The notes below the pieces were generated by a model. It searched no databases and had not been told where the DNA came from. It worked only from the letters and a program-made list of their open reading frames with translations. Shown here one piece after another: positions 29,783 through 38,262 of a stretch of 64,000 nucleotides of DNA. Position 1 is the first letter of the stretch. Every line of letters starts with the position of its first letter. This stretch comes from Methanosarcinales archaeon (lineage in GTDB: Archaea; Halobacteriota; UBA148; JAUWXC01). A program made the position numbers and the translations under genes. The DNA is taken from NCBI GenBank assembly GCA_026016205.1, contig CP061209.1, positions 117,469 to 181,468 on the forward strand, written 5' to 3'.

Positions 29783-30258
29783 AGGGTTATCGCCAACCTC
29801 TTGGACTCCTCTTTTTCATAAAAGATGTCGCCATCTTGCTTGTATGTCTTGAGTATGAAATGTGTCACGGTACCCTGTATGCTCTCCAGTGGCGCTATCT
29901 TCTCGGCGACGAAGAATGCAACATCCTTCATCGTTTTGCCTTTTACCAATAGGGATAAATCATGGTCGCCAGAAATCAGCCTGGCTGATACAACTTCTGG
30001 GAATTTGGCGATGCGCTCCGCTATCGCATCATAACCGGTGCCCCTCTCTACCTGCACCTTTAACTCTATTATCGCATACACGTATTCCTCTCCAGCCTTA
30101 TCCCAGTCGATTACGGTCTTGTATTTCCGGATGATGCCCTTATCCTCTGCTTCTTTGATCGCTTTTTCTACCTGGGACTTGGGTACGCCGGTCATGGTTG
30201 CAATCTCATCTATACTGGCCCTTGCGTCGTTTTCTAATATTTCAAGTATTTCCTTCAT
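29779..30258 (-). CDS. lrp: Lrp/AsnC-family transcriptional regulator
   Basis: HTH 'IDEIATMTGVPKSQVEKAIKEAEDKGII' plus RAM domain; 4-nt overlap with aspC. Confidence 0.85.
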   Translation of the reverse strand: MKEILEILENDARASIDEIATMTGVPKSQVEKAIKEAEDKGIIRKYKTVIDWDKAGEEYVYAIIELKVQVERGTGYDAIAERIAKFPEVVSARLISGDHDLSLLVKGKTMKDVAFFVAEKIAPLESIQGTVTHFILKTYKQDGDIFYEKEESKRLAITL

Positions 30259-30327
30259 GATTTTTGCCCCCGGAACGAGTAAATATTATATCACTATTAC
30301 TTATATCTCTACCACTATCATACATGC

Positions 30328-31566
30328 GTGGTGCCTATGAAACCAGCCTATCTCACAATGGATGACCTTGATGTGAAGGGAAAAACAGTTTTAATCAGGC
30401 TTGACATTAATTCACCGATAGACCCGCACACGGGAAAGATACTCGATGATAAGCGGTTCAGGAGCCATGCTGACACGCTGAAGGAATTGGAAGGGGCGAG
30501 AACCGTCGTACTCGCGCATCAAAGTCGACCGGGGAAAAGTGACTTTACTACAATGGAGCCCCATGCCAGGCTGTTGGGTAGAATTGTGCGGCAGGACGTA
30601 ACCTACGTGGACGACATCTTTGGCTCGCGTGCCCAGCAATCGATTGACAAGATGGACGTTGGCGAGTTACTGCTCCTTGAGAATGTGCGGTTTTACTCGG
30701 AGGAAAAAATGGAACGGAGTCCGGAGGAGCATGCCGGAACGCATCTGGTTAGAAATCTTGCTCCGAAGTTCGATTTGTTTATAAATGATGCGTTCGGGAC
30801 CGCACACAGGTCTCACGCATCCTCGGTGGGATTCACGCCAGTGCTTCCATCTGCGGCTGGCAGGTTGATGGAAAAAGAGGTGACGACACTGAACAAGATT
30901 CTCACCAGCGCAGACCATCCATGCATCTTCGTGCTCGGCGGGACAAAGATCGAGAACGCGATCGACGTTGTGCAGCATGTCCTGTCAAAGAAAATCGCCG
31001 ATAAAGTGCTTGTTACGGGCGTTGTGGCAAATGTGTTCCTGGCTGCATCCGGGGCGAAGGTAGGGGCGCCAACTATGCAAGTAATCGAAAAGCAGGGATA
31101 TCTGGACATGATTCCCAAGGCGAAGGCACTGCTTAAAAAATTTGGCAAGAAGATAGAACTGCCAGTGGATGTGGCGGTGAGTAAAAAGGGCAAGAGAGTA
31201 GAGGTGAACGTCAAAGAGTTGCCGGTCAAGTATCCCATTTTTGATATTGGTCTCGAAACAATCACGAAGTTCTATGATGAAATTAAGAAGGCAAATATCG
31301 TGATTCTGAGCGGTTCGGCTGGCGTGTTTGAGGACGAGAAATTTGCGCTGGGAACCTTCGAGACCTTGGAAGCGGCGACGAAAGCCGATTTTGCGGTAAT
31401 AGGCGGCGGCCACAGTGGTGCGGCGATGCGCAAGGTGGGACTGGATAAGAAGGTTGCACACATGAGCACAGGTGGCGGGGCGTGCATCGAGTTCCTTGCC
31501 GGAAGAACGCTGCCCGCGATAGATGCGCTGAACGAATCCGCGAAACGATTCAAATCCAAGCGATAA
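30328..31566 (+). CDS. pgk: phosphoglycerate kinase
   Basis: archaeal PGK blocks ('RLDINSPID', 'VLAHQSRPG', 'MSTGGGA'); 412 aa. Confidence 0.9.
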   Translation: MVPMKPAYLTMDDLDVKGKTVLIRLDINSPIDPHTGKILDDKRFRSHADTLKELEGARTVVLAHQSRPGKSDFTTMEPHARLLGRIVRQDVTYVDDIFGSRAQQSIDKMDVGELLLLENVRFYSEEKMERSPEEHAGTHLVRNLAPKFDLFINDAFGTAHRSHASSVGFTPVLPSAAGRLMEKEVTTLNKILTSADHPCIFVLGGTKIENAIDVVQHVLSKKIADKVLVTGVVANVFLAASGAKVGAPTMQVIEKQGYLDMIPKAKALLKKFGKKIELPVDVAVSKKGKRVEVNVKELPVKYPIFDIGLETITKFYDEIKKANIVILSGSAGVFEDEKFALGTFETLEAATKADFAVIGGGHSGAAMRKVGLDKKVAHMSTGGGACIEFLAGRTLPAIDALNESAKRFKSKR

Positions 31567-31598
31567 TTTTTATGTTTAGCCCTCTCAATATATAAAAT

Positions 31599-31723
31599 GC
31601 CTCGGTGGCTCAGTCTGGCTAGAGCGAGTGACTTGTAACCAAACTTTTACAAAAAGTTTGATCAAAATCGGGTCAAAAATGCAAGATATCACTAGGTCGG
31701 GGGTTCAATTCCCTCCCGAGGCT
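31599..31723 (+). tRNA. intron-containing tRNA, probably tRNA-Thr(UGU)
   Basis: acceptor GCCTCGG/CCGAGGC; D-arm GCTC...GAGC; anticodon stem AGTGA/TCACT flanking loop CUUGUAA; ~50-nt insert containing a 9-bp hairpin (caaactttt-aca-aaaagtttg); T-arm GGGGG-TTCAATT-CCCTC; discriminator U. Confidence 0.6.
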
Positions 31724-31832
31724 TTGAACTGGAAGATAAAAGTCCCTGTTTGAGGAACTGCAGTCTTGATGTAAATCAGGAGCGGGTGGTGTTAAACCAA
31801 CGAATTTTTGTATGTTTAGGCATAAGTAGCGC

Positions 31833-32153
31833 GTGATGGAAAGAAAAATTTTAGATGAATTTGCAAAGAAGCTCACGAAAAGGTTTGGTAGAAGGGTTAG
31901 AAAGGTGATACTCTTCGGAAGTGCTGCGAGAGATGAGATGCACAAAGAGTCGGACATTGACATTCTCGTCGTGGTGGATGAAAAGGATGACGAGATAACG
32001 AGGCGTATTGAAGATATCGCTTTTGATATGATGGAGAGGATCGGAGTGCTGATATCCCCCGTAGTGGTAGGAGAGCATGCTTACGCTGACATGCACAAAG
32101 AGCGATACCCCTTCATAGTAAATGTGGAAGAAGAGGGGGTCATTCTTGGTTAA
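31833..32153 (+). CDS. minimal nucleotidyltransferase (MNT) domain protein, no adjacent HEPN partner
   Basis: 'LFGSAARDEMHKESDIDILVV' NTase motif; 106 aa. Confidence 0.7.
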   Translation: MMERKILDEFAKKLTKRFGRRVRKVILFGSAARDEMHKESDIDILVVVDEKDDEITRRIEDIAFDMMERIGVLISPVVVGEHAYADMHKERYPFIVNVEEEGVILG

Positions 32154-32270
32154 CTTTTAGACCAAGAGGATGTGAAAGCCATATCCCGGGCCTTTATTCT
32201 ACGGTGCCAGAGCCCGCACCCGTCAGTGAGGTCTTTTTAAGTATCAAAATCATTCATTCCTAGTGAGAAA

Positions 32271-33074
32271 ATGGGGACTAAGAAACAATTATCAGAGGAG
32301 ATTTCAGAGCCGGAATCTTACTACTTCGAGTTGCAAGCTTCTTGGGGTCTGACTAAACACATGGGGGGCTTGGAGGCCACTAGAAAGCTAATTGAGGCAT
32401 GCCATATTGATAAAGATTCATACGTCTTGGATGTCGGTTGTGGTGTTGGAATAACTGCGTGCTATCTGGCCAAGGAGTACGGTTGCAAAGTAGTTGGCTT
32501 GGACCTTTCTGAAATGATGGTCAAGAGGTCGAAGGAAAGAGCCAAAAGAAAAAATGTTGAGGACAAGGTTGAATTTAAGATAGGGGACGCACAAGACCTT
32601 CCCTTCAACGATGGAGTTTTCGATGCGGTCATTTGCGAGTCTGTAGTTGCATTTCCAAAGGATAAACAGAAGGTGGTAAGCGAGTATGCGCGAGTGACCA
32701 AACCAGGAGGGTACGTGGGGATGAATGAGGTGACTTGGGTGAAGACACCGCCGCCAGAATTGGTTGAATACATGTCCCGCGGACTGGGCCAAGCGGAATT
32801 CTTAAATCCTGATGGTTGGAAGGATTTATTGGAGGAGGCGGGGCTTACAGGCGTAGTAGCAAGGGTTTACAAAACTAGTGCTTTACGTCAATGGGCTAGT
32901 GAAGTTAGACAAATGGACCCTAGAGACTACTTGGGAGCATGGAGCAAATTTTTCTCCCTGTGCTTTAAGAGCCCAGCAGTCAGAAAGTGGATAAAGGAAG
33001 TAAGCACTCCTCCTAGAAGCGTTTTTAGAATTTTTAAATACTTTGGATACGGAATATACGTTGGCAGGAAATGA
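32271..33074 (+). CDS. class I SAM-dependent methyltransferase (UbiE/type-11-like)
   Basis: motif I 'VLDVGCGVG', post-I 'GLDLS', motif II 'FDAVICE'. Confidence 0.75.
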   Translation: MGTKKQLSEEISEPESYYFELQASWGLTKHMGGLEATRKLIEACHIDKDSYVLDVGCGVGITACYLAKEYGCKVVGLDLSEMMVKRSKERAKRKNVEDKVEFKIGDAQDLPFNDGVFDAVICESVVAFPKDKQKVVSEYARVTKPGGYVGMNEVTWVKTPPPELVEYMSRGLGQAEFLNPDGWKDLLEEAGLTGVVARVYKTSALRQWASEVRQMDPRDYLGAWSKFFSLCFKSPAVRKWIKEVSTPPRSVFRIFKYFGYGIYVGRK

Positions 33075-33087
33075 AAGGAGGTACAAA

Positions 33088-33483
33088 ATGACACCAATAG
33101 AGATAATGGCCCTTATTGTTGCAGTGTTTGTAGGTTTTAAGCTGCTTGTGGTTTTGATAAGTCCAAAATCCTGGATGGGTATTGTGAAGACAGTGACAAT
33201 TTGGAAAAATCCAATTCCGACAATCCTGGTATCAATCGTATTAGCAGCAGTTACTTTGTTCTACTTACTTCAGGAATTGACAATTGTCCAGATTTTTGCA
33301 ACAACGTTATTCGTAATGTTTTTGATGATCATAAGTCTTTCATCATGCGCTAAAGCTACGTTAGCACTGGAAAAACAAGTCTTCAAGGAACTAGATGTTA
33401 AAAAATTGAGCATGGAGGCATGGCTTGCAATAATAGTCTGGGGCATTTTGGTAATCTGGGTACTTTGGGCACTTTTTGCTTGA
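33088..33483 (+). CDS. small integral membrane protein
   Basis: 4 hydrophobic helices; start taken at MTPIEIMALIV. Confidence 0.4.
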   Translation: MTPIEIMALIVAVFVGFKLLVVLISPKSWMGIVKTVTIWKNPIPTILVSIVLAAVTLFYLLQELTIVQIFATTLFVMFLMIISLSSCAKATLALEKQVFKELDVKKLSMEAWLAIIVWGILVIWVLWALFA

Positions 33484-33490
33484 TGTTTTG

Positions 33491-33591
33491 AATTGCGCAA
33501 CCCAAGAAGATGGGGGCATGACGAAATAATCCTACAGTAAGACAAGTTTAGCTTTAAATTTAAGAATCTTTTTAGGAGGTTCGCATATAAG
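33491..33591. repeat. island repeat unit, copy 1 (degenerate B-like segment 33491-33535 plus A element 33536-33591)
   Basis: A: 'agtaagacaagtttaGctttaaattTaagaatctttttaggagg..cgcatataag' is about 80% identical to 38161-38224. Confidence 0.6.
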
Positions 33592-33597
33592 GGGTTA

Positions 33598-34107
33598 CTA
33601 ATACAGTTTCCCATTTATCCACAAAAATTGTTTGTCAAGAGGTCTACTGAATTTATTAAACACGCTTGGGTAAAGGTCTGGATATATTGCTTCTTCTAAT
33701 GGAATACAAAACATTTCATTAAATTCACCGACATCCTCGCCTCCAAACCCAATAACTATAAAAACAGGAATATTCCTTGTGCTTTGAAATTCTTGGTATC
33801 TTTTTAATTGTTTTGGATTGGTCCAGCTTAACATGCCCTTTTTAAGTTGTGAACGATATTTGCACTCAACTGCAAACTGTTCATTTGTAGGTTTATACTT
33901 ATAAACGAAATCAGGATTCATACTACTTTCGACATATTCCTCTCGGTTAGTTTCGGTAGAATGGGTCTTTTCTACAATTGCAAAGTATTTTTTTGAAAAC
34001 AAGTCATCTACATATTTTTCAAATACCTGACCAATAACAAAAGGGTCATCAGAAGTTGCCATTTTTATCTCTTTTAGGAAGTTAATTCCTACGTCAAGTA
34101 TTCCCAT
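33598..34107 (-). CDS. PD-(D/E)xK nuclease-fold protein
   Basis: 'NPDFVYKY...EQFAVECKYRS' gives a PD...ExK arrangement; AT-rich; island location. Confidence 0.45.
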   Translation of the reverse strand: MGILDVGINFLKEIKMATSDDPFVIGQVFEKYVDDLFSKKYFAIVEKTHSTETNREEYVESSMNPDFVYKYKPTNEQFAVECKYRSQLKKGMLSWTNPKQLKRYQEFQSTRNIPVFIVIGFGGEDVGEFNEMFCIPLEEAIYPDLYPSVFNKFSRPLDKQFLWINGKLY

Positions 34108-34183
34108 TATGTTAACTCCTTATTTTACAAATATTGTATTAATTTATTCAAGTAATATATACTTAACAGTCCTAGTAATAAAA

Positions 34184-34687
34184 CAAATGAAAACATTCAA
34201 CTCAGAAATAGTGGCAACGGGTGAAACAAGAATGCAAGTCAAGAATTATCAAAGGTATCGAATCGTATTGAAAAATAAGAGGATAGCGTCCATAGAGCTG
34301 GATGGACATGAGGAGAAGGGCTTCAAACGACCTGCTACAGAGAATAAGCGGCTTAAGCTATATGTAGTTAAATCTGGATCGGAAGTCATCTATGTTGGTA
34401 TAACGTCTCAAAGCATCCGAAATCGTTTGAGATACGGTCTAAAGGCACAAGGAAAAGGTGGCTACCACGGGTATAAGTGGAAGGACTTAGGTGAAGTTGA
34501 CATCTTAATATGGTGCTTCCCAAAAGAAAGTCGGGACTATGTCGAAGCGGTAGAGGCAGAGCTGGTATATTTGTTTCGCAAGTGCACAGGAAAATGGCCT
34601 AAGCATCAGATGGAAATCCACTTCCATGATGCTTCAGAGGATGAAATTAAGGCAGCAGAAGCGATCTTTAAAGAATCTTGTGGATAG
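34184..34687 (+). CDS. GIY-YIG-like nuclease-domain protein
   Basis: 'KLYVVKSGSEVIYVGITSQSIRNRL' fits the GIY-(10)-YIG-...R pattern; downstream Glu in 'VEAVEAELVYLF'. Confidence 0.4.
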   Translation, partial: QMKTFNSEIVATGETRMQVKNYQRYRIVLKNKRIASIELDGHEEKGFKRPATENKRLKLYVVKSGSEVIYVGITSQSIRNRLRYGLKAQGKGGYHGYKWKDLGEVDILIWCFPKESRDYVEAVEAELVYLFRKCTGKWPKHQMEIHFHDASEDEIKAAEAIFKESCG

Positions 34688-34860
34688 AGGCTCTGATAAC
34701 AGAGCGTATCTGGCTTCGTGCCTTCGGCACTCCACTCAAATCCCTCGCCTCACTCGGAACTTCGTATATCCGCAAAATGTTATATGACATTGAGGCTCAA
34801 GTCAAGAATACATATGGGCAATAGATTTCCAAATATTGAAAAAGACTTGGAAGTAAGAAA

Positions 34861-36201
34861 ATGTTTGAAGAAGAGATTAAACATCATGATGAGCTATTCT
34901 CCGGCTCATCGTGGGAACTAGGTAAAATCCATTGGTATATTCAGCAAGCTGATACCGAGATGGAAAGTAAATCTTTGATTAAAGGAGAAGGTTTTTTAGA
35001 ACAAGATAAACTAACGGATTTTGGTAAAGATGTTGTAGATGAGATTCATTGGTGGATTTTTAAAAAGGAAACAGAAATTGAAGAGCTATTAAAAAGAACT
35101 GAGAGTATATTAAATTCTGTCCAAAAACTAAAAGAAGATTCATCCTTATTAAAAGAAAAATACTATCCCGAATCGTATTTAGATATAATAAAAAAAATAA
35201 AGGAATTTACGGAATCTCATAAAAGCGAAATTCGTACGTTGTATGATTATGTAGTTTGGTTACATAAAAAAGATGTTCTTGCACCATCCATATTATTTAC
35301 TTATAGAGTTTGGGGCTCCACAAGGCTTGGAGATCGAGCGGTAAAAATTACCGCAAATACTATTGATAAAGATCGAGGGAAGGTAAAAATATGCACCGAA
35401 CTCGCTCTCGGTTTGCGAACAAGATTTAGATATACTATAGAAGGTGTTTATGGAGATATCCTAAGTGATATTGTCGATTCAATCGATCCCGAATGTCAAA
35501 GTTCAATTTCAGTACCCAAGCAAAGATTGCTTGTTCAAACATCTCATACAATTCTTGATGAGTTAGCCACTTATTTTGAGTTTCTTCGTCAATCTTTAAG
35601 AAATATTATTCTCGACATCAAGAGGTATAATGCACAAACAGAATTATTATACCGAGAATCTTTTTGGAAATCCTTTATAATAAAGGCTATGAGCGTTAAT
35701 AGGATTGAAAATCAATTATGGGATTTCAAAAAGACATTAGAAATGTGGCATACAAAATATAAGGAAAAAAAGGAAGCTGAAATTAAGTTCTGTGAGCAAA
35801 TCGCTGCTTTTGCAAATGCAAATGGGGGAGTCGTAATTGTTGGCATCACAGATAAATCCCCAAGAAGAATTATAGGTGTTCAAGATTTAGAGAATAAATC
35901 AAAATTTACCAAAGAAGTTCTCAAGAGACATATTACTTATAGCACTGATTTTGTTCACTTTCGGCAAATATTAATGAAAGATGAAGCTGAAAATGACAAA
36001 AATTGTTTAATAATCGCCATAGCTCAGACAAAAGATGTGATTTCTGTCAAAGATAAATTAGGAAAGTTTTCATATCCAATTAGATTAGAAACGGGATTGG
36101 ATAGAAGTAATTATGATGAGATAAAGTATTCAAAACTAAATGTATTGCATGACAATCATAACTTTATACTAAATCTTGATAGATTTTTGCATGATCGGTG
36201 A
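34861..36201 (+). CDS. protein with C-terminal AlbA_2/Schlafen-like domain and N-terminal domain of unknown function
   Basis: 'IAAFANANGGVVIVGITDKSPRRIIGV' resembles the AlbA_2 (divergent AAA/Schlafen) signature; 446 aa, very AT-rich. Confidence 0.5.
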   Translation: MFEEEIKHHDELFSGSSWELGKIHWYIQQADTEMESKSLIKGEGFLEQDKLTDFGKDVVDEIHWWIFKKETEIEELLKRTESILNSVQKLKEDSSLLKEKYYPESYLDIIKKIKEFTESHKSEIRTLYDYVVWLHKKDVLAPSILFTYRVWGSTRLGDRAVKITANTIDKDRGKVKICTELALGLRTRFRYTIEGVYGDILSDIVDSIDPECQSSISVPKQRLLVQTSHTILDELATYFEFLRQSLRNIILDIKRYNAQTELLYRESFWKSFIIKAMSVNRIENQLWDFKKTLEMWHTKYKEKKEAEIKFCEQIAAFANANGGVVIVGITDKSPRRIIGVQDLENKSKFTKEVLKRHITYSTDFVHFRQILMKDEAENDKNCLIIAIAQTKDVISVKDKLGKFSYPIRLETGLDRSNYDEIKYSKLNVLHDNHNFILNLDRFLHDR

Positions 36202-36205
36202 TTTC

Positions 36206-36237
36206 AGTACTTCCGAAGGTCAAATTCTACAACCGAA
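36206..36237. repeat. island repeat element B, copy 3 (agtacttccgaaggtcaaattctacaaccgaa)
   Basis: about 85% identical to 38115-38148; begins 5 nt after the stop of the AlbA_2 gene. Confidence 0.6.
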
Positions 36238-36319
36238 TTTCTACAGACACCAAGTGGCTCTCGCTCATAAAGAAGAGTGGGCGTCGAGCCACCCCCACTT
36301 CTCTTTAATCCACCAAGGA

Positions 36320-36592
36320 CTATTCTCTCAGTTGTTGTATGACCCAATAGATTCCTACAAGTATGATTAAGAGTGATATTAAGCTAATGATGATACTAGG
36401 AATCGGAAGAAAAGTTAAGATTTTTCCGATTTGGATTGCTACCCATACTAATAGTCCGAAGGTTGCCATCACTATTAGCCATTTTAACGGCTCCATGATT
36501 TCCTCAAACACCATTTTAACACCCTTATAGCACTCTATCATCTGGCTTATAATCCTTTTGTCTTCCTCGCTAAACTCCATGTAGTTTATCAT
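36320..36592 (-). CDS. small membrane protein (2 TM)
   Basis: C-terminal hydrophobic helices; island location. Confidence 0.35.
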   Translation of the reverse strand: MINYMEFSEEDKRIISQMIECYKGVKMVFEEIMEPLKWLIVMATFGLLVWVAIQIGKILTFLPIPSIIISLISLLIILVGIYWVIQQLRE

Positions 36593-36730
36593 CTCCTCTC
36601 AAGTTTATGTGAACGTAATTCTGCACAAAAACTCCAACATCTGCACAATAAGTCGCCGAAAAGGGGGGTTTTATGTGCAAAGCCGGTGGAAACTTAGAGG
36701 GGTTTTAAATCAGTAACAGGTGTGATAATA

Positions 36731-37627
36731 TTAGTCAACAAACTCATCAAAACTTTTGTATTTCCCAACCCATCTGTAAAGTATTCCCGCTATTTGATCC
36801 TCATCTGGCCATTCGTCTTTAATAGAATCTAAAAAATCAGTTCTGAAATTTTTGTAAAAATTACTAAAAGATTCTTTCTCTTTTGCCCTTAATGATATGC
36901 TATTGCCCTCTTCCTTGACTATATGAGAGTTTTTTGCTAGTTGTGTGAGGAATATGTTAAATTCAGAGAAAGAGTCGATCTTTCTAGCAAGAAAGCCCAT
37001 GTCATATGGTCTAAAATATTTTAAGTATCTTCTGAAGGTTGGGTCCTCTTCTGCTTCTTGTTTTAATGTTCTGATGAGATCCATTACTAAATCCTTTGAG
37101 TTGCATAGATAAGAAAATAGTCTTTCCCTTACATCAATTAATGCATCAGGAGAATACCCGATATGGCAACTTTCAATTTTAACACCTTCAATTTTAGTTT
37201 TAAGAGATTTTTCAACAAGAACCCATAGATTCTCATTCTCCATCAGAATATCTTCTATTGGTTTTATAGAGGTATCAAATTCAATGTCGCCGTATATTTT
37301 TCGAAAGCTTTTTTTATTATGAATAGCAATTGCACTAGGGTACTCATTGTCATCGACTTTAAGTACACCTACTATATTTACAATTGCATTTTCTGCTTGT
37401 TCTTCGTTGACACTCTTAACGACATCTTCAGGAGATGTGATCTTTTCGAATTTTGTTATTAACTCTCCCCCTAATTCTTTAAGAGGAGCATTTATCCAAA
37501 CTTCCCCATAATCTATCTCAAATTCAAAACTTTTTATCCATTCTAATCCAAATCGAATTCTCCTTTGAAGTCTTTCCTTCTCTAGAATTCCAATTCCGGG
37601 TATGTTAAGTTTTATGTAAATTGCCAT
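36731..37627 (-). CDS. hypothetical protein, no recognisable domain (downstream gene of a two-gene island operon)
   Basis: 298 aa, AT-rich; 16-nt overlap with upstream ORF 37612-38058. Confidence 0.4.
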   Translation of the reverse strand: MAIYIKLNIPGIGILEKERLQRRIRFGLEWIKSFEFEIDYGEVWINAPLKELGGELITKFEKITSPEDVVKSVNEEQAENAIVNIVGVLKVDDNEYPSAIAIHNKKSFRKIYGDIEFDTSIKPIEDILMENENLWVLVEKSLKTKIEGVKIESCHIGYSPDALIDVRERLFSYLCNSKDLVMDLIRTLKQEAEEDPTFRRYLKYFRPYDMGFLARKIDSFSEFNIFLTQLAKNSHIVKEEGNSISLRAKEKESFSNFYKNFRTDFLDSIKDEWPDEDQIAGILYRWVGKYKSFDEFVD

Positions 37628-38058
37628 CTTGCGAACTCCTCTGATAGCTCCTCTTTACGTATAATCCTAATAGGTTTTCCTCTTACCTGTATAGGATTCC
37701 TTGCATTCTTCAGATATAGTAGTCCGTATCTCCTATCATATTTAAATTTCTTTAACTCAGACTTCCCGAGTTTATTTATTATCAAAAATATTTTATCCAC
37801 TTTTTTACCTTTGTTTTCCAATTGCTCAACTGTGGATAGGAGTTGTTCAACTCCTCTTTTAATGTTCTTCGATTTTAATTCCTGTACAAAGTGTTGGCAG
37901 TTTGTAACGTGACCATATCCATCACAGATTTTTTTAGCCCTATCTAATCCAAGTTCTGATATCATTTGCTCCGGCGTATATTTCTCATCAACTAAGGCAT
38001 TAAATCTAAAAAAACCACGATCACTATTTAAAGTACTCATGAACCCCCCTAAGCCCAA
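37612..38058 (-). CDS. hypothetical protein, no recognisable domain (upstream gene of a two-gene island operon)
   Basis: 148 aa; overlapping and co-oriented with 36731-37627. Confidence 0.4.
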   Translation of the reverse strand: MGLGGFMSTLNSDRGFFRFNALVDEKYTPEQMISELGLDRAKKICDGYGHVTNCQHFVQELKSKNIKRGVEQLLSTVEQLENKGKKVDKIFLIINKLGKSELKKFKYDRRYGLLYLKNARNPIQVRGKPIRIIRKEELSEEFARWQFT

Positions 38059-38114
38059 TTACCCAGTTATAATGAATGTTCTCGATAGGTATTATATAAA
38101 GAATTTGTCTATCT

Positions 38115-38224
38115 AGTACTTCCAAACGTCAAATTCTACCAACCAAGTCGATGATTGGATAGTAAGACAAGTTTAACTTTAAATTAGGTAGGAATCTTTT
38201 TATGGGGGCGTGGGCGTATATAAG
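38115..38224. repeat. island repeat unit, copy 2 (B 38115-38148 plus A 38161-38224); A carries a TATA-like box (cgtatataag) about 40 nt upstream of the ATPase start
   Basis: direct sequence comparison with 33491-33591 and 36206-36237. Confidence 0.6.
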
Positions 38225-38262
38225 TAGTTATACGCCATTGGCGATAAAAAGAGAGTTAAATC

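Noticed and set aside
31639-31688. C/D-box sRNA inside the tRNA-Thr intron
   Set aside because: Contains UGAUCA but no proper C box (RUGAUGA) or D box (CUGA) pair at the expected spacing.
34718-34921. 67-aa ORF between the GIY-YIG and AlbA_2 genes
   Set aside because: Lies in the structured intergenic segment, overlaps the start of the 446-aa gene out of frame, and has no motif.
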